A stretch of DNA of 64,000 nt from a virus. The DNA is taken from IMG/VR virus record IMGVR_UViG_3300023110_002336, positions 26,622-90,621 of that record, one strand, 5' to 3'. A program made the position numbers and the translations under genes. Shown piece after piece: positions 20,740 to 30,687 of the stretch. The number at the start of each line of letters is the position of its first letter. Positions within the stretch are counted from its first letter, which is position 1. The notes beneath the pieces were generated by a model. The model searched no databases. It saw nothing but the letters and a program-made list of their open reading frames with translations, and was not told the DNA's origin.

Positions 20740-21927
20740 TTATGAGTGTTTTGAAGTTTGTTTAGCAGTCGCCGCAGATGATTCCACAACTGCAGAAGAC
20801 AGTTCGGCTTCTCTAGCGGCAGTTGCGGCAGCGTGAGCGGCTTCTCCAATGTGCCAAGCTGGATTTAGTTTATCACCATTGCTTCTATGTAACTGAAGGT
20901 GTAGGTGAGGACCAGAACTATTTCCTGTGTTTCCAGAGTATGCAATTATGTCTCCAGCCTTGACAAATACACCAGATTTTGCTGTCAACTCTTTTCCTGA
21001 AAGGTGCATATAAGATGTGAACCACCCATCTGGATGTGTAAGTCTTATAAAATTTCCTCCACGAGAGCCCTTGTAAGTGCCATCTGGCTGTTTACCACAG
21101 TCTTTTTCTGCTATTGCAACAAGTTTTCCATCCACAGATTTTAGATTAGAAAAATTGTCTTTGCAGTTTGAAGCTCTAATAGATACCGTACCATCGTGCA
21201 TTGCTCTAATCGGAGTTTCAACTTCCGCTCCTAGATCTAAACCTCCGTGAATACCACTACCTCTTTTATTATAAAAATTATCAGACACCGGATAACCACT
21301 CAAAGGATTTGATAATGGACCAATTGAAGGCTCAAAGTGTTCTTTGTAGCTTGTGCTTATACTACCAACACTAGTAAAGCTAACAGATTTAAATAAACTC
21401 TCCATAGAATCACAAACTTCTTTTTGTTTTTCATTCACGGGTTTAAAATCATTTTCAGATGTGTGTCTTACAATACCAAGATAAGATTTTGCTCTTCTGC
21501 AATTAAATTCATAATCTAGACCTGACTCAAGAGTTACTTTTACAATATCGCCTTTCTTTGGTCTAGCAAAATGATTTGTTATAACCCGACAAAGTTGTGT
21601 ATTTAAAGTATTTATTTGAGTTCTTTTTTCATCTGAATAAGTGGGATCGTCTTCACAGTCTTCTGCAAGGAATTTTTGAGGCTGATTACCTATTAATTTA
21701 ACGTAAAATTGATATTTTCTATCACCATCTTTTGGATTTGGATTTCTTGATTTTTTATATCCATCGCTCTCAAAATCAGCAGGAACATTTACAGGCGTTG
21801 TCATCACCTTAGCTTCAAACTCATTACTTCTTTTAACACCGGGATTAATCGTTTCTCGGGCTGCATTAACAAGTAGTTCCATACCAGCGCCCGGATAATT
21901 AATTTGATTGAAATCAATCCTCGCCAT
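20740..21927 (-). CDS. Baseplate hub-like protein with C-terminal M23 peptidase
   Basis: M23 motifs HGGLD, YMHL and GNSSGPHLH. Confidence 0.85.
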   Translation of the reverse strand: MARIDFNQINYPGAGMELLVNAARETINPGVKRSNEFEAKVMTTPVNVPADFESDGYKKSRNPNPKDGDRKYQFYVKLIGNQPQKFLAEDCEDDPTYSDEKRTQINTLNTQLCRVITNHFARPKKGDIVKVTLESGLDYEFNCRRAKSYLGIVRHTSENDFKPVNEKQKEVCDSMESLFKSVSFTSVGSISTSYKEHFEPSIGPLSNPLSGYPVSDNFYNKRGSGIHGGLDLGAEVETPIRAMHDGTVSIRASNCKDNFSNLKSVDGKLVAIAEKDCGKQPDGTYKGSRGGNFIRLTHPDGWFTSYMHLSGKELTAKSGVFVKAGDIIAYSGNTGNSSGPHLHLQLHRSNGDKLNPAWHIGEAAHAAATAAREAELSSAVVESSAATAKQTSKHS

Positions 21928-22214
21928 CAGGTTTCTCCTTGAATCATGTCAAAGAGGCTTGCCTTGTCCTCGTCAGACAAACCAACTTCTTTGGTTCTCT
22001 CCTTTTGCTTGAGGGTGAGAACCTTTACCAACTGTTCATTAGAGCGCTGCATGGTTTCAATGTGCTTTGCAGCGACGGGGGAAAGTGCTCGGTTGTTTTC
22101 TGCGTTTTGAGCGATTTGGTTGGCTAACTCATTCAAGAACTCGCGCGCAACCTTGCGGTCGTTGCGAATGTTCTCGATTGCTTCGTCCATCAAATCATCA
22201 AATTCATCGCTCAT
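21927..22214 (-). CDS. Hypothetical helical protein
   Basis: 95-aa ORF coupled to its neighbours. Confidence 0.65.
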   Translation of the reverse strand: MSDEFDDLMDEAIENIRNDRKVAREFLNELANQIAQNAENNRALSPVAAKHIETMQRSNEQLVKVLTLKQKERTKEVGLSDEDKASLFDMIQGET

Positions 22215-22903
22215 ATTTTGCCATTCTCCCAGTCTGACTTGAAGTCACAGTATAGCTCTCTAAACTTGTTCAGAGAATTTACGACCTGCTTTGTATTGAG
22301 ACCTGTAATCTCTCGCAGATATAGGTAAATAGCTTTTTTATTAAAAATTTCTATGTCGTCTTTGCTCTCGAACAGAACGATGATTGCCTTGTATACGCGC
22401 TCATCATTGTCGCGCATGTCATTGAATTCCCAAGTCTTCATGTCTTCATAGAAGGATCTCCAGAATTCTCGTTGTAGTTGCTCAGTGACCCATGTCTCTT
22501 CTGTTGCCAGATACTCTTGCTCGTACTTCTTGGGAGCAGCATCGTAGTCTACCTCTCTTTGATTCTTGCGCTTTTGCTTCTTGACCTTATGGATAAACCA
22601 GTTTTTTGTGATCACAGAGAAGTAGGAGAATGCTTTGTGTCCTTTCTCGGGCTGGAACTTGTCAAGGATGGTCATTAACCATACCTTACACTCTTCTCTT
22701 AGGACATCGATGTTTGGAAGAGTCGTGAACTTGTATGTGTATACGATCTTGTCTACCATCTCACTGAACGCAGGCTGCAACATTGTTACATAGATCTCAG
22801 TCTTTCTCCTATTACAGTCTGTAGAGCAGTACTCAATAATTGCCTGTTCGTGCTCTTTGGTAAAATAGTGATTAGATTTCTTCGATCTGCTGCGTCTCGG
22901 CAT
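22211..22903 (-). CDS. Phage sigma factor (T4 gp55-like, putative late sigma)
   Basis: YFTKEHEQAIIEY and KFQPEKGHKAFSYFSVITKNWF resemble sigma region 2; probable start MPRRSR at 22903. Confidence 0.7.
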   Translation of the reverse strand: MPRRSRSKKSNHYFTKEHEQAIIEYCSTDCNRRKTEIYVTMLQPAFSEMVDKIVYTYKFTTLPNIDVLREECKVWLMTILDKFQPEKGHKAFSYFSVITKNWFIHKVKKQKRKNQREVDYDAAPKKYEQEYLATEETWVTEQLQREFWRSFYEDMKTWEFNDMRDNDERVYKAIIVLFESKDDIEIFNKKAIYLYLREITGLNTKQVVNSLNKFRELYCDFKSDWENGKI

Positions 22904-23201
22904 CTTCTTCTCCGTCTGGTATGTATATGAAGTCAAACTCGTCCATGTATTCTCGGAAGGAACGAGCGTGATCCATCAAAGCTTGCAGTGTCTGATCACC
23001 GTAGAACGCCTCTAGTTCGTACACCTTCTTTACATGCTCGGCAAAGCTTCCTGCTGCTGCTCGTAGATCATCAATCTCTTCTGAGATCATGACAAGCTTT
23101 TGTGCTACGTTGCGAGAATACACAAACAGCAGTGCATTGATCCCGAGAGACAACAACAGGATAAGTGATAGTATCATTTCTAGCCTACTCATAAAGTCCA
23201 T
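22872..23201 (-). CDS. Membrane-anchored coiled-coil protein
   Basis: N-terminal hydrophobic helix followed by heptad-like sequence. Confidence 0.6.
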   Translation of the reverse strand: MDFMSRLEMILSLILLLSLGINALLFVYSRNVAQKLVMISEEIDDLRAAAGSFAEHVKKVYELEAFYGDQTLQALMDHARSFREYMDEFDFIYIPDGEEDAETQQIEEI

Positions 23202-23439
23202 TATTTGCTTTCTCCTTCATCTCAGCCAGTAGCTCACGATTGGCTTCAATGTATTCGTTTGTGAGGGCACCAGTAGCCTTAGAATCTTCCTGTTTTTTGT
23301 TCAGGACTATCGGCTTACCCACCATTTTTGTAACGCTCTCGTGCCCACAGAGGTCGCAAGACTCCTTTTGCTCCGAGAACGAGTGAAAAGCCACGAAGTC
23401 TCCCTCGCAGCTTTCACATTTGTATCGATAACGCGGCAA
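23185..23439 (-). CDS. FmdB-like zinc-ribbon protein
   Basis: MPRYRYKCESC...CDLCG. Confidence 0.8.
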   Translation of the reverse strand: MPRYRYKCESCEGDFVAFHSFSEQKESCDLCGHESVTKMVGKPIVLNKKQEDSKATGALTNEYIEANRELLAEMKEKANNGLYE

Positions 23440-23661
23440 TTAGTCGCCCGCCATGTTGAGCAAATCTTGCTCGGTAATTGGCTTGCTGTTGCTAACGCGG
23501 ACAGTTGGTGGATTCGTTACGACAAGACCTTCATCTCCTGTCTGTAGTTCAAAACCCTTGATGATTGGAACTATGTCCAATTCGTTTAGCAGTGACTCCT
23601 GAAGAGCCATCATTAGGGCACCTACTGCCTGATTTGATAGTTTGAATGTTCCGTTGCTCAT
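23440..23661 (-). CDS. Hypothetical protein
   Basis: Probable start MSNGTF at 23661 after GGAG; fills the gap between neighbours. Confidence 0.6.
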   Translation of the reverse strand: MSNGTFKLSNQAVGALMMALQESLLNELDIVPIIKGFELQTGDEGLVVTNPPTVRVSNSKPITEQDLLNMAGD

Positions 23662-23663
23662 TA

Positions 23664-24509
23664 TTACTCCTTTGAAACGGCGCGACCGGGCATGTTTTCC
23701 CAATCTCTGTTAATTCTCACCTTATTATTTTTCTCTCTAGTCGCTTCTAGAATTGTTGGCTCTAGTCCCAAACTTGATGCTACATAAATCATTGCATCTA
23801 AATCCTTTGGGAAACAATGCCCACCATACCCAAAATCTCCATCAGGTCCGGGGACAGCGAGGTGACTTCTTCCAATTCTTTGATCAAAAAGCGCATACTC
23901 AGTCACCTTATCATAATCAATTCCTAACTCATTGCAAATCTGGTACATTTCATTTGCAAACGACACCTTCGTTGATAAAAAGTTATTAATAAAATATTTT
24001 ACCATTTCTGCAGTTTGGTATCCTGTTTTAATAATAGGAATATACGGAAATGCTTTTCTAAACATTGTTTTTACTTGAGTTGTATAAGGTCTTGGTCCTC
24101 CAAGGATAATACGTGTCTGATTTTTAAAATCTTCTATTGAATTTGCTTCTGTAAGAAATTCTGGGCTAAATATAATATTTAAACTAATAAACGTATCATT
24201 TAGTCTTTCACAAGTACCGGGCGGGACCGTAGACTTTATAACAACGATAGGGGTGCGATTGAATTGTCTGGAAAGCTCATCTATGTTTTTTAAAGAGGCT
24301 TCTACGATTGTCAAATCGCATTCACCAGTTGAACGCATTGGTGTTGGCAAGCACTGAAAAATAATACCAGAATGTAAAACCAGCTTTTCAAGAGTGGAGT
24401 TAGATTTGGTTTCATTAATATCGTATGTTCTAATATTATAAAAGTTTTTCAAACCTTCATAGATAGCTGTACCCACAAAACCTTGTCCAATTATCCCTAC
24501 AGAACTCAC
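23664..24509 (-). CDS. UDP-glucose/GDP-mannose dehydrogenase family protein (short, lacks C-terminal domain)
   Basis: GQGFVG, KSTVPPG, SPEFL, GGHCFPKD. Confidence 0.88.
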   Translation of the reverse strand: MSSVGIIGQGFVGTAIYEGLKNFYNIRTYDINETKSNSTLEKLVLHSGIIFQCLPTPMRSTGECDLTIVEASLKNIDELSRQFNRTPIVVIKSTVPPGTCERLNDTFISLNIIFSPEFLTEANSIEDFKNQTRIILGGPRPYTTQVKTMFRKAFPYIPIIKTGYQTAEMVKYFINNFLSTKVSFANEMYQICNELGIDYDKVTEYALFDQRIGRSHLAVPGPDGDFGYGGHCFPKDLDAMIYVASSLGLEPTILEATREKNNKVRINRDWENMPGRAVSKE

Positions 24510-25381
24510 TTAAGTCTCCTGAAGCAATCTGATATTCCTTCGTTTATTTCAATACCTGCTCGCCAGCCTAGTTCGGCAAGACCTGATACGTTTGCCTTTG
24601 TGGTCATTACATCGCCTTTTCTTGGCTCAGTATAATCAAAATTGACGTTTGGGAAATGCTCTTTTACTACCTGAGACATTTCATTTAGAGAAATATTGGC
24701 ACCTGTACCAACATCAAAAACAGATCCATTCAGCTTTTCTTCGTAGTTCATGCAAAAGATGTTAGCATTGACAACATCGTCAGCATTGACCATATCGCGG
24801 CGTTGTTCACCATCACCAGTAATGAATGGATTGATGCCTTCTCTAATACTCTTCATCCAGTTTGCAACAGCAGTAGCATATGGACCATCTGCTCGTTGGT
24901 CATGAGAATAAACATTGAAGTACCTAAGACTTACAGTATCTAAGCCATAAAGATGAGAATACATGGTAGTCTCAAGTTCTGTGGTAAACTTTTGTAGAGC
25001 ATAGGGGCTTGCAGGTCCATTTCCATTTCCAACCACAGATGAAGAACTAGAATAAATTACTCTCTTGACAGAGCCAACCTTTCTTGCAAAATTAAGAACA
25101 TTGGTTCCTGCAAGTACATTGTTCCTTGTTGTCTCAACAGGATGCTCCACACTATAGCCTACACGGGGAAGACATGCCATGTGAAAGACATATTCTGGCT
25201 GGAAATTAAAGAAATAAGGGTGAAACTTGCCATCGCTATCTTCTGCCAAGATCTTGTTGATATCTTTTGAGACTTCTTCGTTAAGATCAATACCAATAAC
25301 TTTGTGACCCAAAGACTGCAGTCTTGTAAAAAGCTTTGAGCCTATATATCCTTTGTGTCCTGTTACTAAACATCTAGCCAT
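24506..25381 (-). CDS. NAD-dependent epimerase/dehydratase
   Basis: TGHKGYIG, YALQK, LRYFNVY, GDGEQRRD. Confidence 0.9.
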   Translation of the reverse strand: MARCLVTGHKGYIGSKLFTRLQSLGHKVIGIDLNEEVSKDINKILAEDSDGKFHPYFFNFQPEYVFHMACLPRVGYSVEHPVETTRNNVLAGTNVLNFARKVGSVKRVIYSSSSSVVGNGNGPASPYALQKFTTELETTMYSHLYGLDTVSLRYFNVYSHDQRADGPYATAVANWMKSIREGINPFITGDGEQRRDMVNADDVVNANIFCMNYEEKLNGSVFDVGTGANISLNEMSQVVKEHFPNVNFDYTEPRKGDVMTTKANVSGLAELGWRAGIEINEGISDCFRRLK

Positions 25382-26378
25382 TCTTTTTCACCTGTTTTAG
25401 AATCCAATTATACGTCATTTCCATCCCTTCGTATAGGGGTTGTGATACTTCCCATCCTATTTTTTCACGATAAAGCGTGTTATCAGAGTTTCTTCCGTTA
25501 ACACCAATTGGGCACTTGTGCCCATACTTAGCTTCAAACTCCTCACCGTCAATGTTATAAAGTTCCAGATCCTTGCCAGAGATTTGTATTGCCATTCTGG
25601 CAAAATCGTTAATCGCGATCATTTCTTCGGAGCCAATGTTAACTGGTCCCGTAAAATCAGACTGCATCAAGCGGTAAGTGGCTTCAACACATTCATCAAC
25701 ATACAGGAAGGATCTAGTCTGAGTACCCGGTCCCCATACCTCAATCTTACTGCCTTCTGGAGCTTGTGCAACTTTACGACAGAAAGCAGCGGGAGCCTTT
25801 TCTCTACCACCTTCCCATGTTCCATATGGTCCAAAAATGTTGTGATACCTTGCCACACGCACTTCAAGTCCCTTGTTTCTCATGAAAGCCAAGAATAGTC
25901 TTTCTGAGAAAAGCTTCTCCCAACCATATTCCGAATCTGGATTTGCTGGATATGCAGAGTCTTCAACACAGTTTGGGTTATCGGGATCTAGTTGGTTGTG
26001 CTCTGGATACATACAAGCAGAAGAGGAGTAGAATACTCTCTTGACCTTCTTTTTGGCTGCTTCGTGCGCAACGTTTAGGTTGATCATGGCAGAATTATGC
26101 ATGATATCTGCATCATTCTCGCCAGTAAAAACAAATCCTGCTCCGCCCATATCAGCAGCAAGTTGATAGATTTCATCCATTTCTTCGTCAATCACGGCGG
26201 CGACAACATAAGGATCTCTCAGATCTCCAATAACAAAATGATCTGCTATCTCATCAACCTTATGAAATTCGTTGTATTTAAGATCAACACCGCGTACCCA
26301 GTAGCCTTTCGACTTTAGATACTTGACAAGATGACCACCGATGAAGCCACCCGCTCCACACACTAATGCTTTTTTCAT
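25374..26378 (-). CDS. GDP-mannose 3,5-epimerase-like SDR
   Basis: GAGGFIG, QLAADMGG, YSSSACMYP, YGWEK, GGREKAPAAFCRK. Confidence 0.85.
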   Translation of the reverse strand: MKKALVCGAGGFIGGHLVKYLKSKGYWVRGVDLKYNEFHKVDEIADHFVIGDLRDPYVVAAVIDEEMDEIYQLAADMGGAGFVFTGENDADIMHNSAMINLNVAHEAAKKKVKRVFYSSSACMYPEHNQLDPDNPNCVEDSAYPANPDSEYGWEKLFSERLFLAFMRNKGLEVRVARYHNIFGPYGTWEGGREKAPAAFCRKVAQAPEGSKIEVWGPGTQTRSFLYVDECVEATYRLMQSDFTGPVNIGSEEMIAINDFARMAIQISGKDLELYNIDGEEFEAKYGHKCPIGVNGRNSDNTLYREKIGWEVSQPLYEGMEMTYNWILKQVKKNG

Positions 26379-27019
26379 TTCACACTCCAAATTTTGCAAT
26401 CTTCAGCATTGTTTATTTTTTCTATGAAAGAAGAGTATCCAGAATTAAAGATTTTTATCTGTTCGCCTGTTAGGCTTTGTCTTAGGTTTTTAGATTCTCT
26501 AGTTTTACGCTCAGGGAGCCTAAAATCAAAATCTAGAAACTCAGAAATTTTATCTTCATTTTCCCATAGAGTTTCATACCTTAGACACATAATATCACAT
26601 GTTTGCGGTTTGTAAAATGAATCAAACATATTTTCTAGTTTTAGAACGTCTCGAATAAAAATATCTCCAAACTCTCCCCAATCAGCATCTAGGTTCTTGA
26701 AGTGAGCAGGACCCCAGTAGCCTTCAGTTTTACTTTTTCTAACAACCGACAATATAATATCCAAAGGATTACCAAAAGTAAAAATAACTTTGCAGTTGTC
26801 AGGATATTGAATTGGATATAGGTGTGTTTTGTGAACCACCCCGTTCTTGAATACACTAGGATATTCTCTTATAAAAGGTCTTGTCTTTTTTAAAAATTTC
26901 TTTTCGTGCTCCTGAAATCCCCATAAATGATTGTGTAAAGCCACCGTCATTAACTGAGAGCCGCATCGACCAAGCGAAGCTACAACATATGAATTATTCA
27001 TTTTATCACGTATACCCAA
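26375..27019 (-). CDS. Putative sulfotransferase-fold protein
   Basis: VVASLGRCGS (PAPS-loop-like), HKTH, NPLDIILS, LRYETL, ISEFL. Confidence 0.55.
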   Translation of the reverse strand: MGIRDKMNNSYVVASLGRCGSQLMTVALHNHLWGFQEHEKKFLKKTRPFIREYPSVFKNGVVHKTHLYPIQYPDNCKVIFTFGNPLDIILSVVRKSKTEGYWGPAHFKNLDADWGEFGDIFIRDVLKLENMFDSFYKPQTCDIMCLRYETLWENEDKISEFLDFDFRLPERKTRESKNLRQSLTGEQIKIFNSGYSSFIEKINNAEDCKIWSVK

Positions 27020-27693
27020 GTTTCTGGCCAGTCAAAGCATGTTTCATAATAGCCGTAGTCTTTTAGCTGTGGCTTTACAGTAACATGTTGAAATTTCTTG
27101 GACCACTTATGCTCTTCAGCGTAATCAATCACATCTTGATGACTAATTTTTTGTGGATGAAAATCACCATCTATTTCATCTTTTGTATCAAACATTAAAA
27201 ACATGCTTTTTGAAACTCTCAAACACTCATCGATAGAAGCCTTCCAATCCCAACCATGATCGATAGAATTGTAACCAAAAAGAATGTCTAGCGAATTATC
27301 TTCTAGATGAATGTGTTCGGCGGGAGCATTAATGAAATGAGAATTAGAAGTCCAATTGACATAATTCATATCTTTGAAATCATCCATAAAAACATCAATA
27401 AAATATTTCTCTTTGCAATTCATTCCATAACACTCTATGATGCCTCCATAAGGTCCTACAGATATCTCCCCTATGATTTTATCTTTGACATTATCAAATG
27501 TGATGCCAGTAATACTTTTTATATCATTTAAGAAAAAATCGTAGTTCGCCTTTTTAGTTTCGGGCTTTTCTTTTGGATCGCTTTTTCCTACTCTTTTCCA
27601 CCAATTAATGTTGGTAGCCCTAATGTCATCCCAAGTCAAATTATTGTTCAAACCAAACATTTGCTCTTCTAAATTATATGGTTTTTTTAGCAT
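26998..27693 (-). CDS. Class I SAM-dependent methyltransferase
   Basis: GEISVGPYG and AEHIHLEDNSLDILFGYNSIDH. Confidence 0.65.
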   Translation of the reverse strand: MLKKPYNLEEQMFGLNNNLTWDDIRATNINWWKRVGKSDPKEKPETKKANYDFFLNDIKSITGITFDNVKDKIIGEISVGPYGGIIECYGMNCKEKYFIDVFMDDFKDMNYVNWTSNSHFINAPAEHIHLEDNSLDILFGYNSIDHGWDWKASIDECLRVSKSMFLMFDTKDEIDGDFHPQKISHQDVIDYAEEHKWSKKFQHVTVKPQLKDYGYYETCFDWPETWVYVIK

Positions 27694-28487
27694 ATTTCAA
27701 CCTCCGCTGTTGCTCCTCCTAACCACCATGCTACTTCTGTATAAGTACTAAGATAAGTTCCTATAATTGTTTTGTTCTTGGACAGTAAAAGCATTTCAAT
27801 GAAGTCTTCTTTGATTCCTTCCCCATGAAAACGACTTGTTGCTATGTCTGTCTCTCTGTCATAAACCAGTACTCTGTTTCCGTATCTTGTCTTAAATAAA
27901 TTTTTGACATAATCAGAATCTGACGTAAGATATATATTACCATCCGTAGTATTATTCAAATTAGACTTAACACTGGCAAAAAAGTTTTCTAATCTGTGAA
28001 AGCTATCTTTTCTCTCGATATCGTCCGACCAAGAACGTATGTGTACTGATATGGTCTCATCGTTGAAATTGCTTGAGAATCTTTCGACTTTTTCTAAAAT
28101 CTCTGGATTTATGATTAGGTCATTGAATTTACTAACACATTCAGATCTTACAGCTTCAGGTATTCTTGAAAATTCTAAATCAATGTTTCGTAATCTAGGA
28201 CAAGTAAAACTAAATCTATTACCAGCCATATCTCTGTCTGCTGTAATCTTGGTGAAACCATTAGGTATTGGGTCTGTGTCTAAAATAGCCAGTCGCCATG
28301 AAGGGTAAGTTTTAGCACCTGATGGGATTGATTTCACCTCTACATCATTTAGAAATAAATCAGAAAATTCACAAGTCAAATCCTTATTTTTAGTCCAGTG
28401 GACACGGTAATCACTGTCAAGCCTCATGGCAGAAACAATCGATTTCATTCTGTTACCCAACCCTGACTTATTGTTGGCTACTATCAT
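27687..28487 (-). CDS. Fucosyltransferase-fold glycosyltransferase (NodZ/GT23/GT11-like)
   Basis: GLGNRM, VHIR, YLTSDS, LLSK..IIGT..STY. Confidence 0.75.
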   Translation of the reverse strand: MIVANNKSGLGNRMKSIVSAMRLDSDYRVHWTKNKDLTCEFSDLFLNDVEVKSIPSGAKTYPSWRLAILDTDPIPNGFTKITADRDMAGNRFSFTCPRLRNIDLEFSRIPEAVRSECVSKFNDLIINPEILEKVERFSSNFNDETISVHIRSWSDDIERKDSFHRLENFFASVKSNLNNTTDGNIYLTSDSDYVKNLFKTRYGNRVLVYDRETDIATSRFHGEGIKEDFIEMLLLSKNKTIIGTYLSTYTEVAWWLGGATAEVEIC

Positions 28488-29887
28488 CTTAGTGCTTCCT
28501 CTATTTCAGACCAGTTGTTATTGTATCTAATGAAAGGTATATTGAAATAAATCAATTTCTTGACATTATCTTTCTTTACTTCAATATTATCAGTATGATG
28601 TCCTCTTGTTAAGTCATCTATGAACAAATGAGTTCTATGATCTGATTTTAGTATCTCTAATTTTTGCTCAAAGTTATCAACAATTATTATCTGGTCATAA
28701 TGAAAGTTATTTTTGATAAGCCAGTCTCTAGTAGAGAGATAGGGATTATTGAATTTACCCCTAGCTGTTATAAAAACAATTCTATACTTTTCTTTTGCAT
28801 AATTGAGAATTTCTCTTGCTTGCTCATTGGCAGGATCGAGCATAATCTCATCATAATCTCCATATCTTTGGTCTATAGAGCCATCTGAACTTGTCCATTT
28901 TTTCACCCTAGGTACATGGTCATTAATCGTGTAGTCAATATCACAATAGATTACTGGCTTTTCACTTTCCGACTTCAAAAATTGAATTACTTTTTTATAA
29001 AAGTCTAATTGTATTTGTCTTTCTTTTACTTTGAACTCAGCAGTTCCTTTGAAAGATTTGTATGCAGAGCCAACAGGACCCGGAACATTCATACTAAAGA
29101 TTGGGGAAACTTCAAAAAAATGTGGTTCTACTGTCAAATCATCATTTTCCCAAGCAACATCACACGCTCCTATATTTATATTTGTAAGCTTTCTAAACTT
29201 CTTTATGTGTTTTGACATCTCTTTTAGATCAATATCAAAATCACAAACAGAACCAAAACGAGTAGAACCAGAAAGTGAATCTTGGTCTTTCTTGATTCTA
29301 AAGTAGCCATGCACCACTTCATCGCCAACAAAAGTCAATCTTGCTTCTTTTGTGAACATTATCTTTTGCTGCACTATGCATCCCGAAGATACATTGAAGA
29401 TTTTTCTAACCTTATCTCTGTATTCCTCTATATTTTTAGCCTGCTCCATGAAGTTGCTAGCGCACGAATAAGGGTGTTTTATGACGACCGGGAATGGTAT
29501 TTTAGTGTTTAATGCTTCTTCAGGATTATCAAAAAACCAAGTTTGTGGTTGTTTTACTCCGCATTTATCAAATAAGAAAAATATGTTTTTCTTGTTTTCA
29601 TACAGCCTGTAAAGATAAGAACTAGGAAATATTGAACTTCTCTTGTTTTCAAAGTGTAGAGCTATCTCTTCTAGTTTTTTGGATAATTTTTCAGAATTCT
29701 TGTAACCAGCATCATGGTTGAGTCTTGTTAAATAAAATAAAGTTTCTTCATCTACAAGAGACGGGTTGTCAATAAAATCTAATTCTAAACCTAGAATACC
29801 AATTGCCTCTTTCATCCTATTTGTCCAATCACAATTTTGCCAACCGCTTGGGTGAAAACGATTTTTCAAAACTCCAATCTTACTCAT
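28484..29887 (-). CDS. RimK-like ATP-grasp ligase fused to a C-terminal HAD phosphatase
   Basis: FPVVIK, IVQQKI, EARL, CDVAW and FEVS, followed by YCDIDYT, FITAR and FIDD. Confidence 0.7.
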   Translation of the reverse strand: MSKIGVLKNRFHPSGWQNCDWTNRMKEAIGILGLELDFIDNPSLVDEETLFYLTRLNHDAGYKNSEKLSKKLEEIALHFENKRSSIFPSSYLYRLYENKKNIFFLFDKCGVKQPQTWFFDNPEEALNTKIPFPVVIKHPYSCASNFMEQAKNIEEYRDKVRKIFNVSSGCIVQQKIMFTKEARLTFVGDEVVHGYFRIKKDQDSLSGSTRFGSVCDFDIDLKEMSKHIKKFRKLTNINIGACDVAWENDDLTVEPHFFEVSPIFSMNVPGPVGSAYKSFKGTAEFKVKERQIQLDFYKKVIQFLKSESEKPVIYCDIDYTINDHVPRVKKWTSSDGSIDQRYGDYDEIMLDPANEQAREILNYAKEKYRIVFITARGKFNNPYLSTRDWLIKNNFHYDQIIIVDNFEQKLEILKSDHRTHLFIDDLTRGHHTDNIEVKKDNVKKLIYFNIPFIRYNNNWSEIEEALR

Positions 29888-29922
29888 CTACATCTCCAAA
29901 ATATTCTGATATTATTTCTTTT

Positions 29923-30687
29923 TTACTTTCTGATATATTCATTGACCTTCTCTATAACATGTTTAGAATTTCTAAATCTGTTTATTCTGCCAGAGAAGTC
30001 TGTTTTCTGTCCAGTACCCTTGAAGTGAACTATCTTTGTATTTTCATCTGAGAAAAAACTTTCCTCTTCACAAGCAACATCAGCAGTAAACACATCTCCT
30101 ATATTAAATTCTCCGTGTTTACCTTGTCTAATTTCATTAAGCAATAAATTCAAGGAATGAGATTCAAACCAGCCGCGATGTGGCTGTTCTTCCATTAGCC
30201 TCTTCATTCTACCAATCCAAGAATTCAAAAATCTTATACCTTCATCTGGATTGTTTACAACAAAAAAAGAAGCAATCCAGTTATCATCTTCTTTATAACT
30301 TCTATTGCAAACTAAAATATCCTTATCTTGTTCTATCACTTCTGTTACATCGCCTAAAAACATACAATCTGAATCGACCATAATCAATGGACTGCTGTGG
30401 ATCTTTAGTGCCACTTTACAAAATTTAGTTTTTCTGAGAACATGTTGTAGCCAATTTGAATTTCGTGGAAGAGCATCAGAAGTGTCTGTAAGATTCAAGT
30501 CACTTTGTAGAATACTGACTTTGCTGAAGCTCTTGAGATATTCAACCTCTTCATCTTTCAAACCCGTATCTAAGATTATTATATTATCAATTTTGTCGTC
30601 GGGGACTTCCTCTAATAATGAAAGAAGCCAAATTTTTCCAAAAATCATATAAGCAGAGTTGAGAACTGTAAAGAAATTGTACTTCAT
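29923..30687 (-). CDS. Nucleotide-diphospho-sugar transferase (GT-A fold)
   Basis: DxD motif MVDSD; W..HVLRKT; NWIASFF. Confidence 0.65.
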   Translation of the reverse strand: MKYNFFTVLNSAYMIFGKIWLLSLLEEVPDDKIDNIIILDTGLKDEEVEYLKSFSKVSILQSDLNLTDTSDALPRNSNWLQHVLRKTKFCKVALKIHSSPLIMVDSDCMFLGDVTEVIEQDKDILVCNRSYKEDDNWIASFFVVNNPDEGIRFLNSWIGRMKRLMEEQPHRGWFESHSLNLLLNEIRQGKHGEFNIGDVFTADVACEEESFFSDENTKIVHFKGTGQKTDFSGRINRFRNSKHVIEKVNEYIRK

